Below are positions 12,801-26,248 of a DNA stretch of 64,000 nt, piece after piece. Every line of letters begins with the position of its first letter. The first letter of the stretch is position 1. The DNA is from Mitosporidium daphniae (taxonomy: Eukaryota): positions 1-64,000 of the forward strand of contig NW_013546121.1 of assembly GCF_000760515.2 (NCBI RefSeq), in the 5' to 3' direction. The notes below the pieces were generated by a model. It had not been told where the DNA came from. It made no database searches and saw only the letters and a list, made by a program, of their open reading frames with translations. Position numbers and translations under genes: made by a program.

Positions 12801-15800
12801 CCAACGTGAAAGAACGGTGGCACCCCAGAAAGAAAAGGTAAATTCCAGCAGTTCCACCAGGATTGCCGTCTCTACAGCGGGCGAATCAATCCATTTGAGC
12901 AATAGAATGGCGACCGGGTGGTTGCAGCTAACACGCTCTGTCTCGATGGAAAAGCTTTTCTTTGCCTCTATCACCCAAGCAGCAGGTCGCACCGTTGGAA
13001 AGCACAAAGACAAGGTCAGTATAGCAGAAAGCTGGCTGAGGATGTCTCTTGGTGTGAATCTGGCACCCTTTGCATCCGATTCGGCATCAACGAGGGATAC
13101 CAAATTATTAGCCCACCCAGAAACAACATTCTGAAGAGCAGGACAGCCTGTGAATCCATCACCGTTGATCATTTTCGATCCTACCACGAGTAGCGAAAGA
13201 CTCACTTTAAGTGCGGCCAACCGGAGTTTGAGATCATCACAAGTGGTATTGAGGGATGTTGATTGATCCCGTCCTCTAAAAGAGGCTGTAGAGAGCCCTG
13301 CTAGTGCTCGAAGCAGACGCAGAAAAGGCCGCGAGGCACAATTACAAGAAAGAGAGGGCGTGGCGTCAGCTCTTGACCCAAGGCACGACAATTTTCCATA
13401 AAAAATCTGCATTGCCGTGAACTGATTTGTGGGACCATCCTTGAGCAGTGTTTCAATACGAGATAACAGATTAAGAGCCATAGAAAAAGAGAACCCTGTG
13501 GCTGGGGTACCCCGATTTTCAGCAGTGTTAGCGATTGTGTCTCCAGAACTTTTGAACAAAATATTGGCAGATGAAATGTTTGAATTATCGGCAGCGGGCT
13601 CCGCAAGTACCGAGGAAAGGGAATCGATTTGTTCAAAGTATGAAACGAGAAATTCAAAAAGAGAATCGGATCGCTCCTGCGAGGCAAATGCCTCAGCCAT
13701 CAATAAATCGCCCCTATCGCTTTCTAGAAGCTTTAGAACGGTCCAAGGCAGCGCTTTCTCTGCTGGCGTTATCTTCAAATGGGGAATGTATATTTTTTGC
13801 ACCCAAAACTTTGCAAAAAGGGTGCTTTTTTCTGCAAAGCTGAGCTCGCCACAGTCGTCGTGCAAATAACGACAGAAAAAGAGATCGAGCATAAAGATGG
13901 GATGCCCTTGGATTGTTGGAAGCTGTTCATTATCTACCGCCGATGAAAGATGAGAAAGTGTCCATAAAGCGCTATAGCAAACGTTTCGATCTGTTAGCGC
14001 CAACGGATCATCAGGGGATGCCACAAATGAGCCTTGGCCTGCAGAAATGAAGACGGCCCAAATATGTGGCAATTGAATCGTAATAAGAGCGGCGCATTCT
14101 TCTTTTTTTGAGACGAATCTCCATATTTGAGAAAGCAATTTCAGGGTGCTTTTGAAAATTTTCAACGACCAAACCTGCGGCTTTCCTGTGGACGAAGAGC
14201 AAGATCGGTCCCTGAAACTTAGTCCAAACTCGAGCAGATGGATTGCAAGTTCATTTGCCAGTACAGAGTCCATGGTAAGCTGAGGACTTTGGATGGTTTC
14301 TCTGTCCTGTAAAGCTTTATCACACCCGCAAAGACACAATGCCGATGGATGTTGTGAAAAGATTCCGGAAAGTGCCCATTCGATCAAATAATGCGTGACT
14401 TGCACACAGCTTAGCTCTGAAGTAGAACTATTTTCCAAAACCGGGGTGAGCTTTAAATAAGATTCTCTGAGGCTCTTTTGAAACGGTATCAAAAGAGAAA
14501 GCATTTTATGGCCCAGAGTTACTTGGCTGGCCAGGACCTTTTCATCCAGACACCTTTCCGGAATTTTCTTTGTGATGGTTTCCATCAATAAAAGGATGTT
14601 CATGATAAGCGACGAGGACGACAATAAGTCTACATTCAGTAGAGACGCGAGAGAGACCAGAAACTGGGGAAGGATTTCGTTGGCACACTCTTCGTCGCAA
14701 AGGGTTTTGATGGAAGATATCGAAAACCGCACCAGTCGAAGGGCATCAATATCTGAAACGAACACGGCATCTGTGGTATCTATATGTCCTGCATTTTCAA
14801 AAATAAGGGCTTTGAATATATCCCAGATCACTCGTATGTCCAGCAGTTCAAAGAAGGGCAAAGATTCTTCAATCAGCAAAGGCGACCGCTCAAGGCCAGA
14901 TACCAGAGGTAGCAGAAGCTTGCGGGCTAGTGGCTCATTGAGTTCCTCTTTGTCTAAAAGAGAAACAAGGATTTTGAAAAAGATGTGAGAATCTCGTGTT
15001 GGCCTTGGCACCTTCAGGATTTCACGGAGCATCATTGCAAGAACGTCAAGTAGCAACTGTATCGACGGGAGATATGGTGATTTGCGCGACTCTGTAGGAG
15101 AATGCAAATAAATTGGGGATCGAGTTTCAATGTTTGCATGCAATTCTGAAGGCATAGATCCGGAGTCTATTGTTGAAAGCGATGTGTTTGGCTGAGGCGA
15201 GCCAACTGTGGCAGTCATGGGCGATATCCACGAAAACACTCGTCTCCATAGCGAAAGGTCTTTATGCAACAACACCATCAGCATTTGGCGCACCAAATAA
15301 TGGCGGTCTTTGGACGGAAGAGAGCTATATGATATGAAAAAAATCGTTACCCTGGCGTGGTTAGTGGGATATTCCTTAATACAAACTCAAGCGCATGGCG
15401 GACAACAAGTGGCGTGACATCCAGCATCGATTCACCAATGGCAAGAACAGCCTTGTCTTGGGGTACCAGTGGAAACGCATTTGAAGGAGATCGCCCTACC
15501 CCTGCCTGGTACTGAATAAATTGGAAAACCGAAAGACGCTGCGATGGAATATCCAGTGCGACATCCCAAATGGCCTCGTAAAAGACAGAATCGCCAGCTT
15601 TTGATCTCAACGTCAAAAGAAGCTCAATAATTTGATCGAAGAAATCATTGCCCTCTTCTTCCAGACCAGGAATGATAGATTGTATCAGTGGCGAAAGACT
15701 TGACGGGATCTTCTCAACAAGATCAATAAAATGCGTCTTAAAGAGCGAAATGAACAATGGCTTGGGGATGTTAAAGAAAAGTAACGCGTACCTTTGTTGT

Positions 15801-16475
15801 CAGCGATGCATACTTAAAAAACGGGAGAATCCCGTGCGAGTAGATGTAAAATTCCATCGGAAGGTCGATCTTTTCAAAAAGCAAAGAATATGACTCTAGA
15901 GCTTTCTGATGCACTCCAGATGGAAGGGTGGGGTTCAGACACTGCGACAGCCGTTTGCTTATCAATAGCTGGTATGGAATTTGCGGCGATGAAGACGATG
16001 CAGGTGGAAGTGACTGGATCAGCTACGCATTAATAAAAGGTTGGGTGCTTGCCTTGTTAAATTTCAGCAAAAAGCTGGTGATGTCTGCCCACTCCTGGAT
16101 CGACTCGAAGGATTGCAGCACTTTTTCAAGTGTGGAAGAAAACTTTCTAAACTTTGCCTCGGTAGACGAAAACGAAAAAATTGATGTCGTGCTTTTAATA
16201 AAACTGCTTCCCTTGCGCCCTTTCTTTTCCCTTTTTTCTTTCTTGTCCCTCTTTTTACTTTTATTATCAGAAGATGAAAGTACGGAGGGGAACATGTCGG
16301 TCAGAGACTGGTCTATGTGGGTCTCCTCCGTCTCTGACGAATCATCGCCATTTTCGTTGATATGCTTCACAGATTGTGTATCCAGCTCTGCAGATAAGCC
16401 ATCTGAAGACATAGAGGACAAGGATCGCGAAGAAGAGGATTCCGAGAGTATAGGGTCAATATATTCGTCGAACAT
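9876..16475 (-). CDS. DOP1: Dopey family trafficking protein Dop1
   Basis: Dopey_N motifs EWADITSFL and ISKRLSQCLNPTLPSGVHQKALE; C-terminal WPTLNAEL; introns 16023-16052 (GC-AG), ~15761-15791, ~15325-15350; one N at 10602. Confidence 0.88.
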
Positions 16476-16497
16476 CAAAAAATTTCCAATCGTAGAA

Positions 16498-16516
16498 AAG
16501 TAAGTAAGTAAGTAAG
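16498..16516. repeat. (AAGT)n microsatellite in the DOP1/SEC22 divergent intergenic region
   Basis: aagtaagtaagtaagtaag seen directly. Confidence 0.8.
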
Positions 16517-16608
16517 CAAGCTTTACCCAAGCTAATTTAGAAAAAAATTACCAAATTAAACGCGGCATCGTAAAAACAAGTTGAAATAAATTTTAATTTC
16601 ATTCGTTA

Positions 16609-17327
16609 ATGATTCGCTCTGTCTCGATTACCAGGCTTTTCAAATTGCTCCCCTTGGTTGAAGAGTGCTCTTCTGAAGATGAAAAGGCATGGAGTATGGT
16701 ATCCACTAATTCCAAATAGATCCTGGAATCCTCTCTTCCCGAATATAAGCAGCAATGCAAGTCCGTGATCAGGTCGATGTCTCAGCAGGATCCGAGAAGC
16801 ACTTTTGAAAGTGGGAATTTCCACTTTCACGTGCTTGTCGACCAGGGGATCGCATACTTGTGCGTTTGCGATCGATTGCTCTCCAAAAGACAGGCATTCA
16901 TATTTCTTGAATCGGTTGCGGATGCTTTTTACAAGGCCTTTGGCACTCAGGTATTGTGTTTCTCTTCCCGTAGGTCGAGGCTGCGCAAAGGCCCTATGCT
17001 TTTCTGTCTTTTCAAATCGAATTGAGTAAATTGCGAAAAGCGGCGAAAGACTCTGCAGACTTGAACACAAATCCATATGACAAGCTACATGAGGATCTTG
17101 GTGCCGTCCACAGGGTTCTCACACGAAACATAAAGGATGTCTTGCAAAGGGGTGAGCAGCTCAACCACCTTTCGGATCTCTCTTCCTCGCTTTCCGTGGA
17201 AAGCAAGAAATTTTCACGCCAGAGCCAAAGCCTAAAATGGAACTCCATGGTCGACAAGTACGGGACGCCCTTTATGATGATCCTTCTTTTCATCTTCATT
17301 GTGTATCTGTGGCTTTACTGGTTCTGA
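16609..17327 (+). CDS. SEC22: R-SNARE Sec22 (longin + SNARE + TM)
   Basis: MIRSVSITR..YKQQCK, AFIFLE, RPYAFLSF, LTRNIKDVLQRGEQL, C-terminal TM; two introns of ~21-23 nt. Confidence 0.9.
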
Positions 17328-17701
17328 CAAGCAAGCGATGCAGGTAAATTGCAACGTTTGGCTTGAGCATGGCCCAGTCTAAAACGTGTGATTTATTAGA
17401 TACTTTTAAAATTTGTGTAGAACAATGGTGATGATGTGGGTGGTGGTCCTTTATAATTTTGTAAACCGCATAAATTTCCTGCAATATGTCGGTGCTTTTA
17501 AATACTTTGTAGCTATCGACGTGGGCATCGGCTTGATTGCCATTTAATTCTGTTCAAACCCTAGCGTGGTTGAATTATATCTTAGGGTTGGGGTTGAGCC
17601 TAACCCTTGCTAGACCAGAGCCGCATGCAGGGTTAGGGCCGATCCTGTTTTTGGGCACACCTTAGAAATTAAACACAATTCTGGGTTGATAAATTTAAAG
17701 T

Positions 17702-18484
17702 ATGGCTGCCCCCACGACAGTGCAACATTACAGCCATCAGCAGCCCGCGACGCATGCCGAATTCAACCCGTATGCTGACAATGGAGGGTGAGGTGTCAAA
17801 ATCTCACCATCATAGTTCGATCCTTGCCATTGCAGGCCCAGACTTCTGTATCGTAGCTGCAGATACACGCCAGTCAAGCGGATATCTCATCAACTGCAGG
17901 ACAGCCCCAAAGGCCTACAAACTCACAAACAGCGCTGTGTTGGCAACTTCTGGATTCCACGCAGATGGAGCCGAATTTTATAGGGTCCTTGCAACCAAAA
18001 TCAAAGTATACTCGATTTCTCCATTGCTTTTTCTTGCTAGATGTACCGCTACAAGCACGAACGAGACATGGACATTGCCTTGATTGCACAGGCATCGGCA
18101 ATCCAACTGTACTCGCGCCGCTTTTTCCCATATTACACCTTCAACGTCCTTGGGGGAATCGATGCGGAGGGCCGTGGTGCGGTTTACTCGTACGATCCTG
18201 TGGGCTCGTTTGAACGGGAACCGTTTCGTGCGGGTGGATCTGCTGCTGCCCTTATTCAGCCATTCTTGGATAACCAGGTAAGCATTGACAAGCGTTTACG
18301 GTAGTTGGGAAAGGATTCGTCCGGAAACCAGCGCATACTGACGCAAGAGAAAGCGATTGCCGTGGCTCGAGATGCCTTCGATGCGGCTACAGAGCGTGAC
18401 ATATATACGGGCGACAATCTCGACGTCTGGGTCATCAATGCACACGGTGCCTCCATGGAACGCTTCCCATTAAAGCGCGATTAG
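17702..18484 (+). CDS. PRE7: 20S proteasome beta-6 subunit
   Basis: Spliced [42 protein letters not shown], ends PLKRD*; three introns. Confidence 0.95.
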
Positions 18485-18578
18485 CAATAAAGATGGTGCA
18501 GCGCACATGCTCTATTGTATCGATTGCTGCTAATGCCCGTGTTTTGTGCAAGTATTTATTTGGGTTTCCAGTCAGGGA

Positions 18579-19322
18579 TTATTCAGATGTCGAGGTTGCA
18601 TTGAAAATGCTTGCGTAGCAATCACTTGCAATGACGCGTCTGGAATGCAGACCCAGTGTGCGTGCACCGACATCATATGAAAGCATCAGTATGGTAGGGA
18701 CAGAGGGTGCTATAACCTTGGGCTCGCCAGGCCGCCTATCCATAAAGGCAACCCTCAGTGTATCATTGTCCACAAAATCAAACGAGTCAAGGGCATAGAC
18801 GGAGGTCTCCCCAACGCGATACCCACTTGACGGGAATACCATCGCTTTTCCAGTAGGCTGCATCAAAACAGGCACCACAAAAAGGTCAAAATACCCAATG
18901 CCGGCATAAACGACAAGAATCACTACCAGGGCATCCATGCGGCCATCCCCGTCAAGGTCTGTAAAGACAATCGGTCTTTCTAGCAGCTTTGCTGAGCGCA
19001 AATAGGGTGAAAGGCTAGGAGAAAGATGGCATATGACACCACTCTCGTCTCTCTCATAATGGATTGGAATCTTGGCACCAAAATTGCCGCCTTCAAGTCC
19101 AGCGTTGTCATCAATAAAGGATGCACTGCCATTAACCAACTGTGCCCAGATGCCATTTGTCATGGAATAGTTGAGATAGGGCAGTTGTTTGGCAATCTGA
19201 GCAATGCCTTCTGCCGATTCGTCGCCAAGAAGCGATAAAGCCATGTGAGCATGAAACAGTAAGGCAAGAATAACAAGACCTGTTGTCAGCCGAAATGCCC
19301 CTAGCTTGAACACTTTGAACAT
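18579..19322 (-). CDS. Intronless secreted protein with a DLDGDG motif, resembling bacterial hypothetical lipoproteins
   Basis: 247-aa ORF with N-terminal signal-like hydrophobic stretch, FTDLDGDGRMDALVVI..GIGYF, and VAFMDRRPGEPKVIAPSV. Confidence 0.7.
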   Translation of the reverse strand: MFKVFKLGAFRLTTGLVILALLFHAHMALSLLGDESAEGIAQIAKQLPYLNYSMTNGIWAQLVNGSASFIDDNAGLEGGNFGAKIPIHYERDESGVICHLSPSLSPYLRSAKLLERPIVFTDLDGDGRMDALVVILVVYAGIGYFDLFVVPVLMQPTGKAMVFPSSGYRVGETSVYALDSFDFVDNDTLRVAFMDRRPGEPKVIAPSVPTILMLSYDVGARTLGLHSRRVIASDCYASIFNATSTSE

Positions 19323-19665
19323 GGCGAAAGAAACGGAGCCAGATGGCTTCTAATCACAGATCGGCCCAACCATCATGTCCTTAAGCACCAATGCATAAAG
19401 AGTTTATCACAAATGTAAACACACCATTGATGATGCCGTACAATTTGTGCAATTTAAAATGGCAATTCATTTAGCCTGGAATTTTAAAAGCAAGATATAG
19501 ATTAGCAATCGACGCGAACCAATCAGCACCTTGACCAGAATCAAAAGGTGACAAATAGAGGATAGCATTTCAAAATCACGAGTATCATTGGTGGATCACG
19601 ACCATCAATTTGGCATCATCCGGATATATAAATTCGCTGTTTAACATTCGAGGGCATCCATAGTT

Positions 19666-21911
<2,246 letters not shown>

Positions 21912-22422
21912 ATTTTGATTAGTATAGCCTTTTTAACGTACAAGTGGCTCGAGAAACCTTGCTGGAATAAATCCCGTCCCATCTCTGGTCGGATGATGTT
22001 CATATGACACCTTCTTGACACTATCGCGAGGCAATCCTGCCCCAGAAAAGCGGGTTCGCTCTGTCTTTAGCATACTGCTGTAGCCAATCACATGTAATCG
22101 CTGGTCGCGAACTCGTGTTGTGTAATTTTCAAGCGCTTCTTTGGTGTAATATGTCAAAGCGCCTTTGCTTCGAATGCACACGCTTTTCAATCAATAAGGC
22201 AATCCCAATCTGCTTGACTTTTGGTCGAAACATGTCGACCAGAAATATTAACTTCACGGCCGTTCAAGCCACAGGCCTTTGGGCATTTTTCCGCGCCCTC
22301 TTGATGCCGCAAGATGGCAACAAATCGGAACAACTGATAACTGCGTGGATTCAAAATTGGCGCCACAATGGTACAGTATTTGACTTTCTTGTCAGATGGA
22401 GACAAGGTGTGTGGAGCAGTTT

Positions 22423-24450
22423 TTATTGCCCGCTGGCGTAGATTGTCTCTTCGCTTTTGCGTTTGGTGCGCGGGGCGCCTGGACGTGCAGAGGCTGCCTC
22501 GTGGGCGGCAAGCTCGGGCGGCACCCGGCTGCGGGGGCTTTTCTCAATTACACGCCGAAGGTCGTAATATATATCTGCATCTTCTGGAGTCAAAAACGTG
22601 ATTGCCAGGCCGTAGCGACCGGCACGCCCAGTGCGCCCTATTCTATGGATAAAATCTAGCGTCATCATGAGAATCGCACGCTTACCCTCAATGTTTTTCG
22701 ACATATCGTAGTTGATTACTGTGGAAAGGTCGCGGACATCGAGACCGCGACTCGCCACATCTGTGGCGATCAGGATGCGCTTCGAGCCGTCTCTAAGGCG
22801 ACCCAGTGCATGCTCACGAGCATCCTGTGTTTTGCCACCATGAATACCGACTGTCTGGTATCCACGAGCATCAAGAAACTTGCAGAGAACGTCGACAGTT
22901 CTTTTAAGGTTGACAAAAATCAGAACAAGCGAACTGTCGCGATCAGATGAAGCTTGTGGACGATCTCTATTTGGGCCACGGTTCCGATGGCTTGAATTGT
23001 GCCTATCGCTATGGTCTTGGTCATCGTGATCAATCGTGTTGAGAATTTCAAGCAGACGATTGCGTTTGCGATCTTCAGCTATCATTTCCACGCGTAGCTC
23101 GACAGTCCCCACTGCGAGACCGACAGTTCCAACGATAACTGTTGCGGGTTTCCGCAAGTAACGTTTGGCAAGCCGCTCAACGGCAGGTGGCATGGTGGCC
23201 GAAAACATTGTCGTTTGACGAAAGGTACCTCCATGCTGCATCGGCGAGACATCCTCGATGTCTGAAGCATCAAGCCTACAGGGCGCAGATGGAAGCTGTT
23301 CCAAGATGAAATTTAGATCTGGTTCAAAGCCAAGATCGACAAGTCGATCCGCCTTTGCAAGTCAAAATTGGCAAAGTACCTCATCCATCACTACATAGCT
23401 ACACCGGTTGAGCGTCAAAATCCGCTGCTCCAAACAATCTCGAAGCCGCCCAGGTGTCGCAATCACAATTTCGACACCGTCGCGAAGCCTGAATCCCTGA
23501 CTAGCCATGGTATGCTATCAAAAAATTAAATCACCTAGCACATACACCTCCAATAATCGAAGCAACTCTGAATCCGAGAGACTTGGAAAATCTTTCAGCC
23601 TCTGCCTCGATTTGAAGTGCAAGCTCACGCGTCGGCGCCAAGATGAGTGCATAGGGACCGTCTGCAGCGGTTTCCTCGATAATTTTAGGACTCTTCTGCA
23701 ATAGCATTAGGATGGGAATCAGAAATGCAAGGGTCTTTCCAGATCCAGTTTCAGCAAGCCCGATAAGGTCACGGTTTTCCAAGGCAATCGGGATAGCTTG
23801 TCGCTGGATTGGCGTTGGTTCTTCAAACCCAGCTCGATCAAGTACCCGCAGAATATTCGTAGAAATTCCGGACTCGGACCACTTCCTGATGGGATTGGGA
23901 AGACGGCCTCCTTTTGTGGAAAGTGAAAAATCTTCCTTAAAAATACGCCAGTCTCTCTCCTGCATGGCAGAAAGCGGCTTCTCAGACCAATGGCAGGAAA
24001 TATCCTTATCTGGGAGTAGATCCATGCGGCAAGAAAGATCGCCAGCCCTCCTTTTTGAGCTTGGAAGCTCTGCAATTGGTAGCATATCTCCTGATGTATC
24101 GTCTTCAGGATGCCAATCAAAAATGAGTCTTTTGTCATTCCAACGCTTGCTCTGCGTCATCTGAGAGGATCCTTGGGTGTCTGAAGATAAATATCGACTC
24201 TAATAATAAGCGTTGTGCATGTTATTCCTTAATGGCCTCCTTTTCATGCTGTAAAAATCTTCCACCTGAACTAGGGGGCTTTGCAATTGAAATGGGATTA
24301 GGAGAGCGTCCTCCAGAAGACGGGGTATCTTGCTGCAAAAGCTTTAGCTGCTCGTCTTGTTTGCGTTTTTCCCGTTCAGCTTTGGAGATGTAGGGTACCT
24401 GCAGGAAAGTAAATGGCTCTTACCTTTTCAGCATCTCTCTTCCAAAGCAT
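22423..24450 (-). CDS. PRP28: U5 snRNP DEAD-box helicase Prp28/DDX23
   Basis: [34 protein letters not shown] split by an intron, [31 protein letters not shown]; five introns, one needing a non-GT donor. Confidence 0.95.
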
Positions 24451-24637
24451 GGTGAAGACTTCGAGGTTTATTAAAATTTCCAGTTAAATTGAAATTGTCC
24501 GATTAGAGAACGCTGCAGTAAAGGTTGATAAGATCATACCTCCAAGAATATTGGTTATCCTACACCGATGTGATGTAGGAAGCATTTCAGATTTCGGAGG
24601 AAATGTGTATCTGTTCTAGATATCCTGAATATCAAGT

Positions 24638-25619
24638 TTATTGGACTATTCGAATAAGTGGTTTCGTCACTGGAACATTGTACGTACCTCCGTGCTTTCC
24701 ACATAGCGAGCAGGCCTCCAAAGTGTACCGGTTGAGCGACGAGTTAACTTTCTCCGATGGTGGATTGCGATTTTTTCAATCATCATTGACTTTCCAATCA
24801 CACATGTCAGTCATTTCTTGGCCCTTGAGATAATATGGCTCCGCCGGTAGAACACTAGGCCCAAAGATCTTTTGAAAAAAGCTTGCTTTTTTAAACCTTT
24901 GGATGTTGGCTTATGTTCGTTCGTTCATAGAAATTAGTTTCATTCCAAAAATTAATGGAAGATTTTCTACAAACGTAAATGTTTGGACAATGCTAGCGCC
25001 ATATGAGAACGCTCGCTTAATGAACCCCTTTCTGGATGTTGAAAATAATATATCTTTGGTTGGCTTGCTATACAAAGCCTGTTTGGCCAGAAGAACCCTT
25101 GGTCAAATACATGCTGCGACCAACAACAACAAATAGATAATTTCAAGATGCCAAAATTCTAATAAACGAAAACTTGGATGCATCAGAAACTCTGCACGCT
25201 AAAAATCCCTTTTATGCGGTGCATCAAAACAGGCGGAGACTGAAAGAATCTGATACTTAATATCTGGAAACAGGGCGGAGACAACACTTTCTGCGTATTC
25301 CATAAAAACTGACATTTCTTCAAATCAAAAGATCCAATGTGAATTTATGCCAAGAACATATGGTTTATTTGGTTCTAGCTCTGTTACATTCACAACTGCT
25401 GTGCAAAATCTTTTTCTGAAGAACGACGAGTGCTTTGATTTGCAACTACAAAGCTTACTAGGTCGTCCATATACCTCCGAAAGGTCAGATATGCAATTGC
25501 GTATTCTTAAAATTAAAAATCGGCACACAGGAGACCATGAAATGAAAACATAAGGCCAGAAGCGCAAAGATCAAAAGCAGAATTAGAAACCTGAGCAATG
25601 GTGTAATGTTGTGCAGCAT
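24638..25619 (-). pseudogene. Degraded DGAT2/MGAT (DAGAT family) acyltransferase
   Basis: LEPNKPYVLGINSHWIF*, FPDIKY, LFVVVG, RKGFIKRAFSYGASIVQTFTFVEN and LTCVIGKSMMIEK follow the DGAT2 motif order; in-frame TGA at 25325-25327 and 25143-25145, frameshifts near 25200 and 24767. Confidence 0.8.
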
Positions 25620-25648
25620 CAAGATGCAATGTTGTGTAGCATCAAGAT
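25605..25648. repeat. Tandem 21-bp direct repeat (period 23, one mismatch)
   Basis: aatgttgtgcagcatcaagat (25605-25625) and aatgttgtgtagcatcaagat (25628-25648). Confidence 0.9.
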
Positions 25649-25851
25649 CTAATATTTACGATTTAAAGGGTCTAGATTAAATCCGCGAGTTACTATTTGG
25701 CGTTGAAGGGGATGAGGAATAAAAAAAGCATTGGGCCTCCGCCGATTTGCACAAGTAGCAAGGCGGGAATCCCAATTTCGACCACTGCTCAAAAATACCA
25801 AATCAAAATGGCTGTTAAATTTTAATTTTAATAGTCAGTCCCTTCATCTTG

Positions 25852-26186
25852 ATGTCCGATAAGCACAATATAAACTTGCAACATGATGAAAATTATGAAA
25901 TCAGGACAGCCAACAACTTGACTATTAAGCCATTTTTAGAGGAAAACTTTTCCCCCATAGAATGTAAGCTTTACATGCTCGATGTACGTATTCATTAGTC
26001 ATAAGGACCGTTTTCTCTGGTCCTAATCAGGAGAACGTCGAATTTTCTCACCCAGACAGCCTATTGGAGGAAATAGAGCAGCTCCAAGAGTTGATAAATC
26101 TGAAGAGAAGTTACATTATTCGATCCAATATTGATACGTTTCTGCAACTCTCCAAAAAGCTAGATCAATGGAGTAAAAAAATTTAA
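25852..26186 (+). CDS. Small (~99 aa) protein resembling a CATCHR N-terminal coiled coil (Vps51/COG-like)
   Basis: Not in the ORF track; ATG 25852 plus one GT-AG intron (~25964-25998) gives FLEENFSPIEFIRTVF..LLEEIEQLQELINLKRSYIIRSNIDTFLQLSKKLDQW. Confidence 0.55.
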
Positions 26187-26248
26187 CCCAATGCTGCGTA
26201 TTAGTAAATGGCTGAAATTTTACCCAAATTTTACCGGAATTTTAATTA

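Noticed and set aside
9835..14988. Many plus-strand ORFs antisense to DOP1, and similar antisense ORFs over other genes
   Set aside because: Shadow ORFs of real coding sequence with no recognisable motifs
17367..17376. AGCATGGCCC matches part of U6 snRNA
   Set aside because: No upstream ACAGAGA box and no U6 continuation
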